Notes under the pieces: generated by a model | Database searches by the model: none | The model's input: only the letters and a program-made list of their open reading frames with translations | What the model was told of the DNA's origin: nothing | In this document: piece after piece, positions 59,634 to 64,000 of the stretch | How positions within the stretch are numbered: position 1 is the first letter of the stretch | Layout of the letters: each line of letters begins with the position of its first letter | From: Trueperaceae bacterium | Lineage (GTDB): Bacteria > Deinococcota > Deinococci > Deinococcales > Trueperaceae | Assembly (NCBI GenBank): GCA_965214405.1 | Contig: OZ243956.1 | Span: forward strand, 2,592,001-2,656,000 | Direction of reading: 5' to 3' | Length of the DNA stretch: 64,000 nucleotides | Position numbers and translations under genes: made by a program

Positions 59634-60988
59634 GCGCCGTACCCCTTGGCCCAATCTTCGGCGGCGTTCTCGAGCACCACCTCTCCCCCGTAACGCGGAT
59701 GGTCAAACCAGGGCCGCGCGGTGTCCGATAAGGCCGAAATCTGCCGCAAATAGGGTAATGACGCTGTGACCAGCCGCCGCTCAACCGCACCCAGGTCGGG
59801 GTACGCGTCAAGCGCGTCCAGCCAAACCGCGCGCCCCGCTAAAAAGCCGCTCGAGCCCGCCCCGAACGCCAATTCCAGATTAAGCGCAAACTCGCGCGGC
59901 CCCACCCCCGCGCTCAAGAGCACCCAGGGAACATTGGTCGCCGCGTCGAGGTCTCGCAAGTAACCCTCCACCTGCTCGAGCTCATACACCGCCTCCCGCG
60001 CCGTCCCGTCGAACGCGCCCCCCGCGAACTCGCGGCAGTAGCGGAGGTTGGCGGGGAACTCGAGCTTGAGCAAATCCACCCCGAACGCGTCGTCCGAAAA
60101 ATGCCGCACCGAGCTAAGAACCCGCTCCGGCTTGGCCGCGGCGTATTCGGACGAGTCCTCGCGCTCGCCCTCTTTAGGATAGATAAGCAGTTCCAACACG
60201 AAGGGGATGTCGTGCTTCTCGCAATCCGCGCCGACGGAGCGCACAAAAGTATCTTGATGCTTGCGCGTGTTTTTGCGCACGTCCGGGCGGTCCCAGACTA
60301 AAACCTTGACCCCCGCCGCGCCGCTCCGCTTGATCTTCTCGACGCTCCAGCCTGGGATGGGTCCGGACAACCTTTCGCCGTTCTTGGTCTTAAAGGCGTG
60401 GTCCTCGAGCGTGCTTAAAAGCCCCACCCGGCCCGGCACGTAAGGCAGCGCGTGTGGGTGCGCCCAGATGGGGTCAATGAGGACCGCCGACGCCTCCGGG
60501 GCGAGCGTGCGGGTTAACAGCGTCTTGATTTTCGCCACCTCGTCGTAGCCGACCGCGCCGGGGTCGCGCCCGTCGTGTTTGGCGAGCGCGCGGAACACGG
60601 GGGGCCGCTGGTCCACCGCAATCATCTTGAACACGCCGTGCGCGTCCGCGAGGGTAGTGAGCCCGCGCAGCTTGCCCGCCGAAAGCCCCTTGGCCCCGAC
60701 CTTGGCGCGGAGGTTAATAACGTCGGGCGCGTCTAGGTCTACATACACGGTGTCGTGAACCTTGAAGTGCGCCTTGAACCAGTCGCGCAGGGGCGCGCCG
60801 CCCGTAATCTGCGCGGTGCCATTCTGGTTGGCGCGGCGGTTCACGTAGCCTTCAACGGCCTCCCCGGTGCCCAGCGTGAGCTTGATGGTCCCCTCTTCAA
60901 AAGGGACGTACGCGTCCCAGCCCACGGGCACATTGAAAAAGCCCCCGTCGTAGAAAGGTTTTTGCAGTGTCAAATCAAATCCCGGCAT
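59630..60988 (-). CDS. Class I LacD/YihT-type ketose-phosphate aldolase with extra N-terminal domain
   Basis: MIAVDQR, DLLKLEFP, PWVLLSAGV, GFLAGRAVW from about residue 100. Confidence 0.88.
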   Translation of the reverse strand: MPGFDLTLQKPFYDGGFFNVPVGWDAYVPFEEGTIKLTLGTGEAVEGYVNRRANQNGTAQITGGAPLRDWFKAHFKVHDTVYVDLDAPDVINLRAKVGAKGLSAGKLRGLTTLADAHGVFKMIAVDQRPPVFRALAKHDGRDPGAVGYDEVAKIKTLLTRTLAPEASAVLIDPIWAHPHALPYVPGRVGLLSTLEDHAFKTKNGERLSGPIPGWSVEKIKRSGAAGVKVLVWDRPDVRKNTRKHQDTFVRSVGADCEKHDIPFVLELLIYPKEGEREDSSEYAAAKPERVLSSVRHFSDDAFGVDLLKLEFPANLRYCREFAGGAFDGTAREAVYELEQVEGYLRDLDAATNVPWVLLSAGVGPREFALNLELAFGAGSSGFLAGRAVWLDALDAYPDLGAVERRLVTASLPYLRQISALSDTARPWFDHPRYGGEVVLENAAEDWAKGYGA

Positions 60989-61088
60989 CGTCTATATGCT
61001 CCAAATTCAGTAGTGTGTCACTCATGTATTGTTCAAAAGATTCTTCAGGAACGTGAAACATACTCCCAGCATACGGCTCGAGCCGCCC

Positions 61089-62012
61089 CTAAGCCCACTT
61101 GAGCTCGTCCATCTCGCGCGCGGTGCGCTTTTCCAGCAGCCTCTCGACCTCGCCCGCCGTCGGAATCGCCCCGCGCCCCAAGCCGGTGCAGGACAAAGCC
61201 GCCGTGACCGAGGCGAAAAGCCCGCTCTGCGCTGCGTCCTGACCCCCCGCCACCGCGTAGGCGTAGGCCCCGTGAAACACGTCGCCCGCCCCGTTGGTGT
61301 CGCGCACCTCGACGGGCAGCGCGGAGATGTGCCGCACCCCCTCCTCGGCCTCGTAAAGAAAGCCCTGCTCGCCCAATGTGATGCCCACGATTTGCTCAGG
61401 GTGCCACCGCAGAGCCGCCAAAGCTGCCTCGGGGTCGTTGCGGCCCAGAATTTCGGCGGCGCACTCCTCGGAAACGAGCAGGTAGTCGAGATGCTGCGTG
61501 AGTTCCCAGTTGCGCGTGTTGCTCCAGTCGCCCAGCGTGGGGACGCCCAGACGTTTGGCCTCTTTTAATACCGCCTCGCTCACCTTTGGGTGCCGCCCGT
61601 CGGTGAGGACGCAGGCGGCGCGTTTCACGCTCGAGAAGTCCCAGCCCTCCGCCTCATCAACCAGCCCCGCGCCGCGGTAGGGGAAGATGTAGCGCTCGCC
61701 CGCCCCGTCCACCAGCACCGCGCTCACCCAGGTGGTGCCGCCCGTCACCATGCGGAGCTGTGAGGTGTCCACGCCGAAACTTTTTAACTCTTCCAGTGCC
61801 GCCCGTCCGTTCAAATCGTCGCCGTGAATCGCCCAAAGTTCGCTACTAGCGCCCAGCCGCGCCGCCGTGACCGCCGCGGTGGCCGCGGGGCCGCCGCCCT
61901 GCATCCGGTACGCGCTCGAGTGCGTTCTCGAGCTCGTCGGCGGGAACCTGTCCACCTGCCAGATGTGGTCCACGCAGGAAAGCCCGACAAAAAGGATGCG
62001 CGGTTTCGTCAT
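61089..62012 (-). CDS. PfkB family sugar kinase (YihV-like)
   Basis: GGGPAATAAVTAARLG, DTNGAGDVFHG. Confidence 0.9.
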   Translation of the reverse strand: MTKPRILFVGLSCVDHIWQVDRFPPTSSRTHSSAYRMQGGGPAATAAVTAARLGASSELWAIHGDDLNGRAALEELKSFGVDTSQLRMVTGGTTWVSAVLVDGAGERYIFPYRGAGLVDEAEGWDFSSVKRAACVLTDGRHPKVSEAVLKEAKRLGVPTLGDWSNTRNWELTQHLDYLLVSEECAAEILGRNDPEAALAALRWHPEQIVGITLGEQGFLYEAEEGVRHISALPVEVRDTNGAGDVFHGAYAYAVAGGQDAAQSGLFASVTAALSCTGLGRGAIPTAGEVERLLEKRTAREMDELKWA

Positions 62013-62019
62013 ACCGACC

Positions 62020-63399
62020 TCATAACGTATGCCTCAGGGGATATAAGGGGAGGGGGCTCGAGCCCAAATACGTGCAGAGTTCTTGTAACCCCTCGGTGAG
62101 TTCACCCGCGCCAAACGCGAAATGGTGCGGGAGGCGGTGGTCGAGCACGTTGGCGACTAGAGTTTCGGCCCGCACCTTTTCGCCGTTCCAGCGCAGGTTG
62201 CTCAGCCAGCCCCGCACCCCGTCGAAGCCCGCCTTGCTGGGCTGAGAAAACGCGCCCGAGACGATGAGGGCGCGGCGGCCCCCCTCGAGCAGCCGGAAAC
62301 CCGTGGCAAAGCCCGGCCTAAGCTTCATATCCCGCACCACCCCCAGCGTGTCGCGGTTGAAATGCGTCGTGAGCCGCGTGCCTCCCTCGCCCGCCCAGGC
62401 ACGCGGCGCGTTGCCGCAGTGCCAGAAGAGGAGGCTGTCGTCGTCCCCGTCCACGTCGGATAAGTCCATGAGGATGGCGGGAAGAGCGCTCATCCCCTGA
62501 AGCGCGAGCATCGAGAGCGCCCCCATCACGTCGCCCTCGCACGCCGCCGGGATGTCACGGTCCCCGAGCCGCCCCACCGCCGCACAGGCCATCGCGCCGC
62601 ACGCGTCGGGGAGTTCGGGCCAGCAGCGCAGCGCGAGCGCGCCGTAGTCACCCTCTCGCGCCATTTTGTTAAGTACCATGTCGATACGGGCGGCGTTTTG
62701 GAGGTGCTCGAGGGGAGCCTCGAGCACCTCCTCCTGCGCCCAGACCTCCGCTCTGGCCGCCGCTTCTTCCCCCGGCACCGCCGCCGCGCGCTCGAAAAGT
62801 TCGGCCAACTCTTTCGTCTCCACCGTTACAGAAGCGAGTTCGGGCCGCTCCTCAATCCCGTAAAAGGCCGGGGCGGTGCCGCCGATTTGCAGGATGCGCG
62901 CCTCCTCAATGGCCTTGAGACCCCGCAGCGCCGCGAGCGTCGGCAGGAGCCGAGCGCGGAACCACGAACTCCCCGCCTCGCCGTAAAACCACTTCACGGG
63001 CTCCCGTTTGGCAACTTCGGGATGGTCTAAAAAGCTCATCGTCATGTTGAGGCCGCAGAGCGCATTCAAGGGCAGCGGCCCCGTGTCCCCGCGCCCGCCC
63101 GAGGACTCCGGCAAGGCCCACACGCCCACGCGCCGCGACGCGTGCAACAGGGGCGTGAGGAGGTCGCCCGTGGCGAAGGTGGTGTGCTGGATGAGAAGGA
63201 AGTCCAGCCCCATCTCAGAAAGTTCCCCCGCCGCCTTTTGAGAGGTTTCTAAATCGCTTGCCGACACCGAAGGCGTAACAACCTCAAAATGGAGTTCTTC
63301 GCCGAGGTCTTTTAGGCGCTCGAGGCTCCTCTCCGCAGCTTTTTGACTCTCACCCTTGAAGAGCGGACGAACGACGCTGACAAATCCTAGTTTCAACAC
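62020..63399 (-). CDS. L-fucose/L-arabinose isomerase family protein
   Basis: RCWPE, ACEGD, WHCG, PHH motifs. Confidence 0.85.
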   Translation of the reverse strand: MLKLGFVSVVRPLFKGESQKAAERSLERLKDLGEELHFEVVTPSVSASDLETSQKAAGELSEMGLDFLLIQHTTFATGDLLTPLLHASRRVGVWALPESSGGRGDTGPLPLNALCGLNMTMSFLDHPEVAKREPVKWFYGEAGSSWFRARLLPTLAALRGLKAIEEARILQIGGTAPAFYGIEERPELASVTVETKELAELFERAAAVPGEEAAARAEVWAQEEVLEAPLEHLQNAARIDMVLNKMAREGDYGALALRCWPELPDACGAMACAAVGRLGDRDIPAACEGDVMGALSMLALQGMSALPAILMDLSDVDGDDDSLLFWHCGNAPRAWAGEGGTRLTTHFNRDTLGVVRDMKLRPGFATGFRLLEGGRRALIVSGAFSQPSKAGFDGVRGWLSNLRWNGEKVRAETLVANVLDHRLPHHFAFGAGELTEGLQELCTYLGSSPLPLYPLRHTL

Positions 63400-63477
63400 C
63401 TAATGCTTCTCCTGCCCCGTTTGTAAACGGTAACGAATCCCGAAGTGCTCCAGCCCCCGAAAAACTTTCCCCCTACT

Positions 63478-64000
63478 CTACCCCTTGACCCCGCCCGCCG
63501 TGAGCCCGCTAATGATGCGCTGCTGGAAAAAGATAATCAAGACCACCAGCGGAATGATGCCCAACGTGACCGCCGCGCTAATCACCGCCCACGGAAACGC
63601 GAATTCACCCTGATAAAGCGTGATGCCCACGGGAACGGTACGCATGTTGAGGTTCGTGTTGAAGGTCAGCGCCAGCAAAAACTCGTTCCACGAATTCACA
63701 AATACGATGATGCCCGCCGTGACGATGCCGGGAGCCGAGAGGGGCATGATGATGCGGAAGAGCGCCCCCACGCGCGTACAGCCGTCCACGGTGGCGGCGG
63801 CCTCCAACTCGCTCGGGATGAGTTGAAAAAAGCTCGTCAGCGTCAGCGTCGCAATGGGCAGCGAGAGCGCCACGTAGGGGATGATGAGCGCCCAGTAGGT
63901 ATTGAGCAAGTTCGGCGTCATGACCACGTCGGGCAGGAACAAAAAGCCCTCCAAAAAGGGCAGCTCGACGCCCCGGAAAAGCCGGTAGAGCGGCACGAGC
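63478..64000 (-). CDS. Carbohydrate ABC transporter permease (5' part outside window)
   Basis: ELEAAATVDG EAA motif, WNEFLLAL, GLTAGGVKG. Confidence 0.92.
   Translation of the reverse strand, partial: LVPLYRLFRGVELPFLEGFLFLPDVVMTPNLLNTYWALIIPYVALSLPIATLTLTSFFQLIPSELEAAATVDGCTRVGALFRIIMPLSAPGIVTAGIIVFVNSWNEFLLALTFNTNLNMRTVPVGITLYQGEFAFPWAVISAAVTLGIIPLVVLIIFFQQRIISGLTAGGVKG

Noticed and set aside
1..64000. CRISPR array, rRNA or tRNA genes
   Set aside because: No regularly spaced repeat-spacer units, and no recognisable rRNA or tRNA cloverleaf seen by eye.

Overview
GC-rich bacterial chromosomal window, most likely Deinococcota (Truepera-like). This is inferred from gene content and from many apparently leaderless genes. 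Most of it is housekeeping or metabolic: hemA/hemC, fatty-acid beta-oxidation genes, an NMT1/THI5-type ABC importer, acetoacetate-CoA ligase, tesB, citrate synthase, murI-rph-rdgB, glpX, hisIE, etfBA and a sugar-catabolic operon. The main accessory discovery is a decaying integron at about 47.7-50.9 kb. It has a frameshifted, truncated intI, two attI-like sites, three complete and one half attC site, and four intact plus two broken cassette ORFs. A RES-Xre toxin-antitoxin pair lies at its distal end and an IS4 copy at its integrase end. Other notable signals are a frame-independent over-representation of the palindrome CTCGAG and an IS4/IS5-damaged AT-rich island. The window also has several toxin-antitoxin relics and a BlaI/BlaR1-like module with operators controlling a lantibiotic-type ABC transporter whose permease carries one nonsense codon. 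An aldolase in the sugar operon carries an unexplained N-terminal domain. All calls are by eye; no database searches were run.
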